In this document: positions 25,839-34,608 of the stretch, piece after piece
Layout: every line of letters starts with the position of its first letter
Position numbering within the stretch: position 1 is the first letter of the stretch
Assembly: GCA_026397205.1 (NCBI GenBank)
Contig: JAPLVH010000006.1
Location: 13,392 to 77,391 of the forward strand
DNA from: Candidatus Berkelbacteria bacterium
Lineage (GTDB): Bacteria; Patescibacteriota; UBA1384; XYA2-FULL-43-10; CAINNR01
Length of the DNA stretch: 64,000 nucleotides
Direction of reading: 5' to 3'
Translations under genes and position numbers: made by a program
The notes under the pieces: model-generated
What the model was told of the DNA's origin: nothing
The model's database searches: none
Seen by the model: only the letters and a program-made list of their open reading frames with translations

Positions 25839-25968
25839 CAGACGAATGAGTGCTATTAAATTGTTAATGTTATATTTATTATAACGCACAATTCCCCAAT
25901 TTGTCAAGACATAAAGCGACTATTTTCGATCAGACAAAAAATTAGTCAGTGTGGAAATAGATAATTTA

Positions 25969-26073
25969 TATCAAAAATCAAAATGTTGGTCGGCACTCCG
26001 TACCGGGATTTTATTTCTTTAGATATATTTTATTTGTCATTTTGATTTTTGATATTTGCTTTTTGATTTTCTT
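25969..26073. repeat. Complete heptamer-array mini-element (intergenic). The right arm runs into the promoter of the downstream gene.
   Basis: 'tcaaaaatcaaaatgttggtcggcactccgtaccgggattttatttctttagatatattttatttgtcattttgatttttgatatttgctttttgattttc'. Confidence 0.7.
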
Positions 26074-26090
26074 TCCGATTTGACTTATTG

Positions 26091-26099
26091 TGCTATAAT
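26091..26099 (+). promoter_or_regulatory. Extended -10 promoter element (TGcTATAAT) for the TPR gene
   Basis: 'tgtgctataat' about 17 nt upstream of the ATG at 26116. It sits just downstream of the mini-element arm, in the 'ccgatttgacttattg' segment, so whether the element supplies it is unproven. Confidence 0.4.
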
Positions 26100-26115
26100 A
26101 TATCAAGAGGCAAAT

Positions 26116-26586
26116 ATGAACCGTGATCGGACAAAAAGCACAATACTCTATTTGCTGGTTTTGGTAGTTCTGGCGACGAGTTTCATCATTTTTGGTGTTT
26201 TTTATTTGAAAGACGCCAAAACTTCCGACAAAAATTCAACGACTTCGACCGCAACTGTGCCGACCGGCGATAATCAAAACCAGAATTTGGAGGAACTACC
26301 CCCCGACCAAAAACTTTACGCCGCGGCGATCGAGAGCATTGACGCTAAAAATTATAATCAGGCGATCAGTAATTTAACCGAGGCGATCAAGGAAAATCCC
26401 GACAATCCGAGTTACTATTCGGTAAAATCGGAGGCCGAGGTTTTGGCCGGCAAAAAAGATGATGCAATCGCAACGCTCGAAGCCGGATTGAAAATCAATC
26501 CGGACAATGAGGTCCTAAATTCCAAGCTGGATGTTCTTCAGAAGAATGATCTGGCGCCGGCGAATCAGGATACGCCGAGACAGTAA
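26116..26586 (+). CDS. TPR-repeat protein with N-terminal membrane anchor
   Basis: Likely start 'MNRDRTK' (tool start 26056). TM helix, then TPR-like 'YNQAISNLTEAIKENPDNPSYY...AGLKINPDN'. Confidence 0.5.
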   Translation: MNRDRTKSTILYLLVLVVLATSFIIFGVFYLKDAKTSDKNSTTSTATVPTGDNQNQNLEELPPDQKLYAAAIESIDAKNYNQAISNLTEAIKENPDNPSYYSVKSEAEVLAGKKDDAIATLEAGLKINPDNEVLNSKLDVLQKNDLAPANQDTPRQ

Positions 26587-26619
26587 AAAATTCCAAATTT
26601 CTAATTTCTAATTTCAAAA

Positions 26620-27573
26620 ATGGGATTGAAGCGAGGGGCAAAACTGGCAACGATTTTTGCGGCGGTGGTAATTGTTGCGCTGCCGGTTTTTGCTTTCGCT
26701 TCGCATGTCGAACTGCGAACCGTCAATGCTCGCCAGGCCTATCTCGACACTTTTTTCAATAAAACTGTTGCCCAACTGATTTATGACGAATCAACCCAAC
26801 ATAATGTTAACCCCCGGCTGATTTTGGATGTTCTGCAGCGGGAAAGTTCGGCGATTACCCAATCAACGCCGTCTTCGGACACTCGCCGCGCTTGGCCGAT
26901 GTTTTATAACTACGATGAAAGCATGGCGTCGTGCTTGACTTCGGGCATAAACTGCACCGACGCGAAATACAACAAACCGGATTACAGTTATCGGGCAGAA
27001 AATTACGGTGGTGTCGGCCAACAAATCGCCTACGCCACCGCTCAACTTCGAAATCTTCATGACTCTGCCGGCTATTGCGGCGGCGGACTGGCGGTTTCGG
27101 TTGATGGAAACACAATTACCACCGACAACGCCGGGTCGTGCGCGCTTTACAAATACACACCGCACATTGTCTCCTACAACACCGGTTCGGCATTTTACAC
27201 CAACTGGCAAAGCTGGTGGAGTGGAACGCCAAACGGCGGCAGTTACTCGGCGACAAATATTATTTCCGAGGATAATTTCGCTAATGACAGTCCGATGACA
27301 ACCGATCAAATCAACAGCTTCTTGACCGGAAAAGGCAGCTGGCTCGGTGGTCTTATGATTGCCGAATACATCTCTGTTCCCTATCCGGTTCTGGTTGCCG
27401 ACGCGCCGGCGCGGAAATCCGGTGACGCTAACGGCGACGGCAATATTGATCTGCTAGATCTGTCAATTCTCGCGACTTGGTGGGGCACTTCAAACACTGA
27501 TGCCGACTTCAATCACGACGGCACGGTTGATCTACTCGACTTATCAATCCTGGCAAGCCAGTGGGGACAATAA
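26620..27573 (+). CDS. Secreted protein with a C-terminal dockerin type I repeat pair
   Basis: Signal/TM 'LATIFAAVVIVALPVFAFA'. C-terminal 'DANGDGNIDLLDLSILATWWG...DFNHDGTVDLLDLSILASQWG' matches the dockerin calcium-binding repeat consensus. Confidence 0.55.
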   Translation: MGLKRGAKLATIFAAVVIVALPVFAFASHVELRTVNARQAYLDTFFNKTVAQLIYDESTQHNVNPRLILDVLQRESSAITQSTPSSDTRRAWPMFYNYDESMASCLTSGINCTDAKYNKPDYSYRAENYGGVGQQIAYATAQLRNLHDSAGYCGGGLAVSVDGNTITTDNAGSCALYKYTPHIVSYNTGSAFYTNWQSWWSGTPNGGSYSATNIISEDNFANDSPMTTDQINSFLTGKGSWLGGLMIAEYISVPYPVLVADAPARKSGDANGDGNIDLLDLSILATWWGTSNTDADFNHDGTVDLLDLSILASQWGQ

Positions 27574-27576
27574 AAT

Positions 27577-27615
27577 CAATTAACCTAATTGACCTAATTA
27601 TTCTAATTAACCTAA
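27577..27615. repeat. Tandem 9-mer array (TAATTRNYC)x4 upstream of the four-helix-bundle gene
   Basis: 'caattaacc taattgacc taattattc taattaacc taa'. Confidence 0.55.
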
Positions 27616-27618
27616 AAA

Positions 27619-27987
27619 ATGCCAGAAGCTCCAAGCCACAAAAGAAAATATGATCTCGAGGAAAGAACGGCGGCCTTTGGAGAAAATGTTATTCGACTTC
27701 TGAAGAAAATTGAAGATAACAGTATCACCAAGCCAATCAAAACCCAACTTACGAAATGCGCAACGAGTGTCGGAGCTAATTATTGTGAAGCTGATGACGC
27801 TGAAAATCCGCAAGATTTTAAACATAAAATCGGCATTTGCAAGAAAGAATCTAGGGAGTCGAAACACTTTCTTCGCATGCTGGCAGTCGCAACTCCCAAA
27901 CTGAAGGATGAGATTCCAATCCTCTGGCAAGAAGCCAAGGAATTAAACTTGATATTCAACACAATTTATCGCTCAGTGAAAAAATAG
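27619..27987 (+). CDS. Four-helix-bundle protein of the 23S rRNA intervening-sequence / DGR Avd-like family (TIGR02436-like)
   Basis: 'SVGANYCEADDAENPQDFKHKIGICKKESRESKHFLRMLA' fits the family pattern (S.GANiaEg...DFi.kl.ia.kE..ET.yWL). 122 aa. Confidence 0.5.
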   Translation: MPEAPSHKRKYDLEERTAAFGENVIRLLKKIEDNSITKPIKTQLTKCATSVGANYCEADDAENPQDFKHKIGICKKESRESKHFLRMLAVATPKLKDEIPILWQEAKELNLIFNTIYRSVKK

Positions 27988-28024
27988 ATTTCTTTTTGGG
28001 GCTTTGGTTATTGGTATTTGTTTA

Positions 28025-28060
28025 GAATAATTAGTATAATTAGAACAATTAGAATAATTT
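28025..28060. repeat. Inverted 9-mer array (GWAYAATTA)x4 downstream of the four-helix-bundle gene
   Basis: 'gaataatta gtataatta gaacaatta gaataattt' is the reverse-complement orientation of the upstream TAATTNNNC array. Confidence 0.55.
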
Positions 28061-28070
28061 GGAGGGTTCG

Positions 28071-29306
28071 GTGAAAAGGATTATTTCAATTCTTGTGATA
28101 TCGGCGATGCTCGTAATCTTTCTGCCAACCTCAACCCTGGCGGCTGGCGGCGTTTATGCAACAGGCGGCGGCGCGAAAACCGTCGGTGATTCTTTTACCG
28201 TCACGGTGGCGGCATCGGGCGCGACTTTTAACGCTCTCGAGGGCACGATCTCTGTTTCCGGACCAGTTTCGATTACCAGCTTTTCCGCCGGCGGCGCGAC
28301 CTGGACCTCGGTACCGGCGAACGGAACACATTTTGTCGGGATGATAATTCCGGCAACAACATCCCTAACAGTTGCAACAATTCGCCTGAAAGCGGCTGGA
28401 GTCGGCTCGGGCGCGGTTTCAATTTCTTCGGTTCGATTGGCAAATGCCGGCTCGGAGGTTGGCTCTGGCGCCGGATCTGCCAGTTTTTCAATCGCCAAAG
28501 CGCCACAACTGGCTAGTGTGACAGTGACTTCATCGTCTCACCCCGATCAAGCAACGGCCTATGACACAACAACGATCGCTCTCGCTTGGAACAAAGCTAG
28601 CGGCGTTGACGGTTTTTCCTATCTTTTAGACCAAGCGGCGGCGACAACACCGGCGGCAAAAATTATTGATGCCGCCACCAGTGCGACACACGCTAATAAA
28701 GCAATCGGAATTTACTACTTCCATATTCGCGCTCACAACACCGATGGCTGGGGGCCGACGACGCACTTCGAAATTCAGATCAAAGCGCCGGACGCTAAAG
28801 TTGACACAACACTTCCCCAACCAACAAATATCAAAATTGAAAAGTCGGATAATTTTGTCAATGATATTGAAAAAGGCACAATTTCCGGCCTGAAAATTTC
28901 CGGCGTCACCGTTCCGGCCTACACGGCAAAAATTACCTTGACTCCGGTGGTTACGATTCCCGACGGCAAAGTTTTAACCGCGGTTGCTGGTGATGATGGC
29001 AGTTTTGAAATTTTGATTGATTGGGCAATTCCCGCCGGCCGATATTCGCTGACTGTTCAAGGGCAGAAAGATCTGTCACTGACACCGGTTTCCGACCCGA
29101 CGATTTTTGAAATCTCGCAGGCCAAAGGCGGCGCCATCAACATTTTGACCGACGCCGACAGCAACCCGCCGACAATTTCCTCGGCGGTTAAATCAGCGAC
29201 ACGAAATTGGAAACTAATCAGCGAAATCGCCGGCGGTGTTTTAATCTTGTTTTTGATCGGACTTTTGATTTATCTCCGCCGCCGCAAATCCCGAAGAACT
29301 ATTTAA
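28071..29306 (+). CDS. Cell-surface protein, Ser/Thr/Ala/Gly-rich, with signal peptide and a C-terminal TM anchor + RRRKSRR stop-transfer. Possible glycoprotein.
   Basis: Likely GTG start at 28071 after GGAGGG. 'ILVISAMLVIFLPTSTLA' signal. C-terminal 'IAGGVLILFLIGLLIYLRRRKSRRTI'. Confidence 0.5.
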   Translation: MKRIISILVISAMLVIFLPTSTLAAGGVYATGGGAKTVGDSFTVTVAASGATFNALEGTISVSGPVSITSFSAGGATWTSVPANGTHFVGMIIPATTSLTVATIRLKAAGVGSGAVSISSVRLANAGSEVGSGAGSASFSIAKAPQLASVTVTSSSHPDQATAYDTTTIALAWNKASGVDGFSYLLDQAAATTPAAKIIDAATSATHANKAIGIYYFHIRAHNTDGWGPTTHFEIQIKAPDAKVDTTLPQPTNIKIEKSDNFVNDIEKGTISGLKISGVTVPAYTAKITLTPVVTIPDGKVLTAVAGDDGSFEILIDWAIPAGRYSLTVQGQKDLSLTPVSDPTIFEISQAKGGAINILTDADSNPPTISSAVKSATRNWKLISEIAGGVLILFLIGLLIYLRRRKSRRTI

Positions 29307-29364
29307 TTTATTGTTCGAGAAGGAACGATCTACGAAGTAAACCTGTGGTCGAGAACTCTTTGAC

Positions 29365-29395
29365 TACTATATATAGTATATACCGCCACGCTTGT
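29365..29395 (+). promoter_or_regulatory. Second copy of the ACTATATATAGT palindrome + CCACGCT motif, upstream of the glycosyltransferase gene
   Basis: 'ttgactactatatatagtatataccgccacgcttg' matches 17169-17215 ('ttgacaaa...gtgtactatatatagtaaacgaccacgctcc'). Confidence 0.35.
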
Positions 29396-29497
29396 CAAGC
29401 GCTGATGATTTTGCTAAAATCAGAGATATTAAATCTACTATCTCGGATCACCGACGGATTTTACCCTGTGGGCGGGGATGAAAGCTAAATTAAAAAA

Positions 29498-30337
29498 ATG
29501 AAAAACGCTCTGGCAGAAAAAACTTTTGTCGTTGTTGTCACCTTTAATCCGGAGGTTGATCTTTTGAAAAAAAACTTGCGGGCGATTTCCAGTCAGTTTG
29601 CTAATATTTTGATTGTTGACAACGATTCAAAAAACATCGCCGAGATCGAAAAGTTGGCGGCGCGGCTGAATGTCAAAATCGAAAAGTTGGCGGAAAATTT
29701 CGGTATCGCCAAAGCCCAAAATGTCGGGCTGGCGGTGGCAAGCCGGAAAAAATTTGGTTGGCTCCTGACGATGGACCAGGACAGCATAATTCCAAAAAAT
29801 TTGTCGGCAGAGTATCAAAAAGTTTTGGAGTCGCACGATAATGTCGGTTTGATCGGCTGGAATCAACAACCGAGAAAAAATGATCCAGAAGTGAAAGATA
29901 GTTGGTGGATTATTAGTTCCGGTTGCCTATACAAAATTTCAGTGCTGGAGGAGTGCGGCAAATTCGACACTAAATTGTTTATTGATCACGTTGATGATGA
30001 CATAAACATTAGAGTTAGAAATTTAGGATACAAAACTTTAATAACCAAAAAAGTTGATTTGCATCATCAGTTGGGGACAAGAACCCTACACAAAACAATC
30101 CGTGGCGCAGTATATTTTGCCCATAATCCTGTTAGGGTTTATTATATTGTCAGAAATGGAGTGGTAATTTTCAAGAGATACTTCTTTTCCCAACCTCTTT
30201 GGATGATGTATGAAATAAAAAATAATATTCGCGAAGGAATTTACTTGCTCTTATATCAACCGAACAAATTCAAAAACTTTTTTCTGTTGCTCCGCGCCTG
30301 GTTCGACGGACTAACAAATCGGCTGGGGAAATATTAG
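29498..30337 (+). CDS. GT2 family glycosyltransferase (rhamnosyltransferase-like)
   Basis: 'FVVVVTFNPEVDLLKKNLRAISSQ...ILIVDNDS' and a DxD-like 'DQDS' motif. 279 aa. Confidence 0.7.
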   Translation: MKNALAEKTFVVVVTFNPEVDLLKKNLRAISSQFANILIVDNDSKNIAEIEKLAARLNVKIEKLAENFGIAKAQNVGLAVASRKKFGWLLTMDQDSIIPKNLSAEYQKVLESHDNVGLIGWNQQPRKNDPEVKDSWWIISSGCLYKISVLEECGKFDTKLFIDHVDDDINIRVRNLGYKTLITKKVDLHHQLGTRTLHKTIRGAVYFAHNPVRVYYIVRNGVVIFKRYFFSQPLWMMYEIKNNIREGIYLLLYQPNKFKNFFLLLRAWFDGLTNRLGKY

Positions 30338-30390
30338 GTCTAAAATTTTGAGTTTAGCGCTTTATTAGCGCAACATCGGCGATGGCATTT

Positions 30391-31095
30391 TCACCGGAGA
30401 GACCACTCTTCTTGAAGTGTTAAGATCACATAACTTTCTACCCTACCACTAACCACATCACAGTCAAAACCCAGAGATCGAAAATATTCCTGATATTCCA
30501 CTTCCGTTGCCTTCTCAATTTCTTTGACAGTTGACGATGGAATTCTTGGATTTTTGTGGCCGAAATCGATGATGATTTTCCCATCCTTTTTTAAAATTCT
30601 TTTGTACTCCCGAATTATTCGCTCAATCTGGTTTCCTCCAACTTCCGAGATATGAAATAACGCACCCATTCTCTCATGAATTATGTCTGCACTTCCGTCA
30701 GCAACTGGCATATTACGCGAATCGCAAGCAATTGCAAAGTAAGAGACATGTTTTAACTCGATTTTTGAATTCTCAACAACAGCATTTTTAGTATCTCCAA
30801 CTGTTTTCAAGGCAAAATCAGTCGCAATAATAGTTTGACTCGGCGGATTTTCTTCGGCGTCAAGAATTTCGTCGATCTTTTCTGCGACGCCAACCGCTTT
30901 TTCTCCCCTGCTGACGGATGACATAATAAAAACCAAACTTTCGTTTTTCATTCGCTCGACTATCCCCGACGATAAAAGCACAAGTATGACATCACTTACC
31001 GTGTCCTCAATCGAAGTTTCGATCCCATTTTCAGTATCCGAATACGGCGACTCGCCGTAATATTCTTGCCAGTCCTGAATTAATTTTTCCGACAT
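30391..31095 (-). CDS. Hypothetical protein with a C-terminal class I SAM-methyltransferase-like fold (degenerate)
   Basis: 'IIATDFA...ADIIHERMG...ILKKDGKIIIDF' resembles MTase motifs I, II and III. Weak. Confidence 0.35.
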   Translation of the reverse strand: MSEKLIQDWQEYYGESPYSDTENGIETSIEDTVSDVILVLLSSGIVERMKNESLVFIMSSVSRGEKAVGVAEKIDEILDAEENPPSQTIIATDFALKTVGDTKNAVVENSKIELKHVSYFAIACDSRNMPVADGSADIIHERMGALFHISEVGGNQIERIIREYKRILKKDGKIIIDFGHKNPRIPSSTVKEIEKATEVEYQEYFRSLGFDCDVVSGRVESYVILTLQEEWSLR

Positions 31096-31097
31096 GA

Positions 31098-33293
31098 TTA
31101 TCTCCTTGTTAAAACAACATCAGCAATGGCATTTTCACCGGAGACATTGGTGATTGTGACGCTATCGCCTTTTTTAATGCTGATTTTTCCCAGATCTTTC
31201 CGGGCAAACTTTTCCTCGCCCAAATTTTTTTGGATTTCATATTTGGAATTAGAAATTTGTAATTTGAAATTACCTGCTGTTCCGCCGTCCCCGTCCAAAT
31301 ATCTCACCTGCAAGTCATAGTCGCCCGTCTCGGTGATTTTTCCGCCCAATGTTGAGCCAGCTGCATCGGTGTAAATAAAATCCTGCCCGAGGTTGGCAAA
31401 GAGCAATTTCCGCCAGAAAAAATATCTGCCACGAGTCCAACCATCTTTGTAATTCGAAAATTCCGTCGCCCAGTCAGACAACGGTAGAAATGTCATCGAC
31501 GAATCATCCTTGAATTTTTGGATATTTGGATTTTCTCCTGTTTCATTTGAAATTTGTAATTTGTCATTTGAAATTTTATAGATGAATATTCTATTCCCAA
31601 ATTGACGATCGAGATACAATCCTTTTTTATTTTCCGCCAATGTTTTCATGTCGTCGTTCATCCACTTGTCACGAATCGTCAAATTTTTTTCACCAAGAAT
31701 TCCGCTGACTTGGTAGTATTTCGATCCCATGTCAGCGCGAACAATGGCACAATCAACACCGGCTGATTGCAAAAGTGCCGCGGTTTCTCCGTTATCATTC
31801 GGCTCTAAAAAATGCGAGGTAATTTTGTTTCTTTCGTACATCTGACTCGACGGCAAAACTAGTTGCGACGAATCCTCGGTTAAGTACGGAATGCCAAGAG
31901 CCAAGGCAATCAAATCAGAGTTGGCGGCGGCTGGCGAATTGTCATTTAAAAAATAATTGAAATCCAAACTCGGCGGATAGTAAACTTTCTGGCAATAATT
32001 CTTGTTCGATTGGAAAAAATTCGCTGCTTGATTGTATTCCTCCGGAATTTGCTGAAGCGGCAAAAAACCGGCGTAGTTGAAGCTGAAATAGGGCCAAATT
32101 ATCGCCAGCGTCAAGAAAAAAGTGATGGCGATGACCGCGACTCGACCGATTTTGCCGGAAATTTTTGAGACGATGGTATTAGCGCCAAAAACAAATAATG
32201 AGATCAGCGAAAACGCCAGCAGAAATTCGAAGTGATAGGTTTCCCGAAACACCGCCAGCAGTGAAAAGTGATTGAAAACAAAGGTGTAAAAACCAGTGAA
32301 AAATTTTGTCGGCCCGATGGTGAAAGGTAAAATCAATAGTGATGAGACAATGAGCGCCAAAACCAAATGGCGATTTTTGTGGTCAAAAATCGCCAAGAAA
32401 GCAATCAGATAAATCAAACCGAAAGCCAAAAGTATAACCGGCAATTTCGACAAGGGATAAAAATAATCTATCGTAATGTGGTGGTCGGAAAGCATCAAGA
32501 CATTTCGAAGTGAATGCGGCAGGTCAGCAATAAATTTAAGCGTTACCGCCTGGCCGGCTGAGCCGGTGGTCGTTGCCGTCCGGCTTGCGAGACCGATAAT
32601 AACCCAGGGTGAATTGGCAACGATCATCGCCAGCGCAAGTTTTGAGAGATTGATGATTTTGCCGACGATGATTTTTCGTTTCGGCCAAACGAAAACTTCG
32701 ACGATCAGGAAAAAAATCGTCAGAACTCCAGCCTGAATTTGAGAAATTATCAGAGAAAGTAAAAAAGCCAAATATAAATATCGGCAAAATGATTTTTTCC
32801 GTTCGTTAAAATAGCCGTCGAGAAAAAACGGCAAAGCGGCAGCAGCAATAAGCGAAAATTCAAAACCGACGATCGTCCGAATGAAAATGTATGGCGAAAG
32901 TCCGTAGGCCAGCCCAACAAAAAATGCTATTAATTTGGAACCTGATCGGCGCGAAGTGAAAAGATAAAAACCGTAAGCGGCAAAAACCGAGGTCAAAGGA
33001 ATGAAAATTTTGAAAGCAATTCCCGGTGTGATATGTAAAAGTCCAAAAAAACCGAGCAAAACTGTCGCATATTTGCCGAAAGCCGAGACGACGCCGAAAT
33101 TGGTTTGGCTAAAAAGTTGTCTCCAGACCTCGCTCGAATTGAAAATCGGCCAACTCCAATCGTATTTGAAGGGAATTCCCGGTTGGCGAATCGCCGGTAA
33201 TATTATTGCCACGATGATTGGGGCACAAAGAAAAAACAACCGGTGCCGGCCTAAAAACTGCCAGAAAATTGTCGAGAACTTTTTTTTTGTCAT
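31098..33293 (-). CDS. Large polytopic membrane protein with a C-terminal extracytoplasmic domain (GT-C-like / YfhO-like glycosyltransferase candidate)
   Basis: 731 aa; about 12 N-terminal TM helices followed by a soluble domain of about 300 aa. Lies within the glycan island. Confidence 0.45.
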   Translation of the reverse strand: MTKKKFSTIFWQFLGRHRLFFLCAPIIVAIILPAIRQPGIPFKYDWSWPIFNSSEVWRQLFSQTNFGVVSAFGKYATVLLGFFGLLHITPGIAFKIFIPLTSVFAAYGFYLFTSRRSGSKLIAFFVGLAYGLSPYIFIRTIVGFEFSLIAAAALPFFLDGYFNERKKSFCRYLYLAFLLSLIISQIQAGVLTIFFLIVEVFVWPKRKIIVGKIINLSKLALAMIVANSPWVIIGLASRTATTTGSAGQAVTLKFIADLPHSLRNVLMLSDHHITIDYFYPLSKLPVILLAFGLIYLIAFLAIFDHKNRHLVLALIVSSLLILPFTIGPTKFFTGFYTFVFNHFSLLAVFRETYHFEFLLAFSLISLFVFGANTIVSKISGKIGRVAVIAITFFLTLAIIWPYFSFNYAGFLPLQQIPEEYNQAANFFQSNKNYCQKVYYPPSLDFNYFLNDNSPAAANSDLIALALGIPYLTEDSSQLVLPSSQMYERNKITSHFLEPNDNGETAALLQSAGVDCAIVRADMGSKYYQVSGILGEKNLTIRDKWMNDDMKTLAENKKGLYLDRQFGNRIFIYKISNDKLQISNETGENPNIQKFKDDSSMTFLPLSDWATEFSNYKDGWTRGRYFFWRKLLFANLGQDFIYTDAAGSTLGGKITETGDYDLQVRYLDGDGGTAGNFKLQISNSKYEIQKNLGEEKFARKDLGKISIKKGDSVTITNVSGENAIADVVLTRR

Positions 33294-33558
33294 CTTGAGC
33301 GAAGTCGAAAGATCTTATCCAGAATAGTCTTATTGTTCGAGCAATCTAGTGAGAACTATTTTCCCTCGACTATCAACTGCCGACTGTCAACTATTTACTA
33401 TTTTTATTCTATCAATTCCTCCGCATAAAAAAAAGCCCCGGCAGAAGCCAGGCATATTAGATTAATCGCAAAAAGCAAAAATTTTTTATCAATTTCATTC
33501 GATCGAATTTTTTCGATTATTGATTAATTTTAGCCCGAGATTACAGCTTTGTCAAACC

Positions 33559-34608
33559 TCAAAAAAACTTTTTCACAAAAGCCAAAATTCCCTGTTTCCA
33601 GGGCGCCCGGTGAGAAACACCGCTCTTGCCTTCAATATTATTCAAATTCGCCAAATACCATTTGTAATTCCGAAGTAGTGCGTTTTTGTTGGAAAATTGT
33701 GGCCGAAACCCGAGAACTTTTTTTGCTTTGTTAATTGAAACCGATGAATCGGTGGCCGCGGTTTCGTAAACCCATTTATAAAGCGGGGAAAGGTGAAGTT
33801 TTTCCAAAAAACGCAATATCAAAATCATCGGTCTGGCGGGAAAGGTTTTAATTTTTTTGCCGAAACCGGCGGCGTCAAGAACGGATTGATAATCTTCGCG
33901 CATTGTGGTAAATTCTTCGGCGGCGATGTTGAAAGTGTCGTCAACTTTTTTTGATGATAGAGTCAGACAAAGAAAGATCGCTTGGCACAAATCTTCGACA
34001 TCTAATAATTGATAGCGATTTTTGCCATTGCCGATCAGCGGAAAGCCGTGTCCGGATCTCGCCCAGTCGTAAAACATGGCAAAAACTCCGAGTCGCTCCG
34101 GGCCGATGAAAGATTTCGGTCGGATTATTGGGATAACCAAATCACGACGACGAAATTTTAGGCACTCCTTTTCGGCGGCGATTTTTGCTTCGCCATATGG
34201 GCCGACGCCGACTAATTTGTCGTTTTCGACCAAAGGATGATGATCAGGAATACCGTAAACCGCGGTTGACGATATCATAACTACCCGCTTGATTTTATTC
34301 TTCACCGCCGCGCTTAAAACATTTCTGGTACCAAGGACATCGGTCGAAAAAATATCTTTCTTACTATATAAAGGCAAAGCCGCTGCTGTGTGGACAATCA
34401 GGTCGCAACCAGCCATCGCCCGTTCCAGCTCCTTGTGATTGCGGATATCGCCGTAAATTGCCCGAACCTGAAACTTCTCCGGATAATCAAACGGCGCCAA
34501 ATCGTAAGTGATGATTTCATAACCCGAAGCCAAAAGATAGCGGACCAAATTGATGCCCAGGAATCCGCTTCCGCCGGTGATAAAAATTTTTCGCTTTACT
34601 TTGGACAT
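33559..34608 (-). CDS. NAD-dependent epimerase/dehydratase (extended SDR, sugar nucleotide-modifying)
   Basis: 'KIFITGGSGFLGINLVRYLL' Rossmann GxxGxxG. YxxxK-type catalytic region 'YGEAKIAAE'. Confidence 0.75.
   Translation of the reverse strand: MSKVKRKIFITGGSGFLGINLVRYLLASGYEIITYDLAPFDYPEKFQVRAIYGDIRNHKELERAMAGCDLIVHTAAALPLYSKKDIFSTDVLGTRNVLSAAVKNKIKRVVMISSTAVYGIPDHHPLVENDKLVGVGPYGEAKIAAEKECLKFRRRDLVIPIIRPKSFIGPERLGVFAMFYDWARSGHGFPLIGNGKNRYQLLDVEDLCQAIFLCLTLSSKKVDDTFNIAAEEFTTMREDYQSVLDAAGFGKKIKTFPARPMILILRFLEKLHLSPLYKWVYETAATDSSVSINKAKKVLGFRPQFSNKNALLRNYKWYLANLNNIEGKSGVSHRAPWKQGILAFVKKFF

Noticed and set aside
25600-25850. Possible CRISPR array: two similar 36-nt repeats separated by about 100 nt
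   Set aside because: There are only two copies and the spacer is far too long. The repeats are AT-rich promoter-like motifs (TTGACATTTGTAATT...), and no cas genes are present. I treat them as members of a dispersed repeat family.
27619-29306. Diversity-generating retroelement (Avd-like protein next to a surface protein)
   Set aside because: No reverse transcriptase ORF is present. No template/variable repeat pair with adenine-specific mismatches is detectable. The surface protein has no C-type-lectin-like C-terminus. Only the Avd-like four-helix-bundle gene is present.
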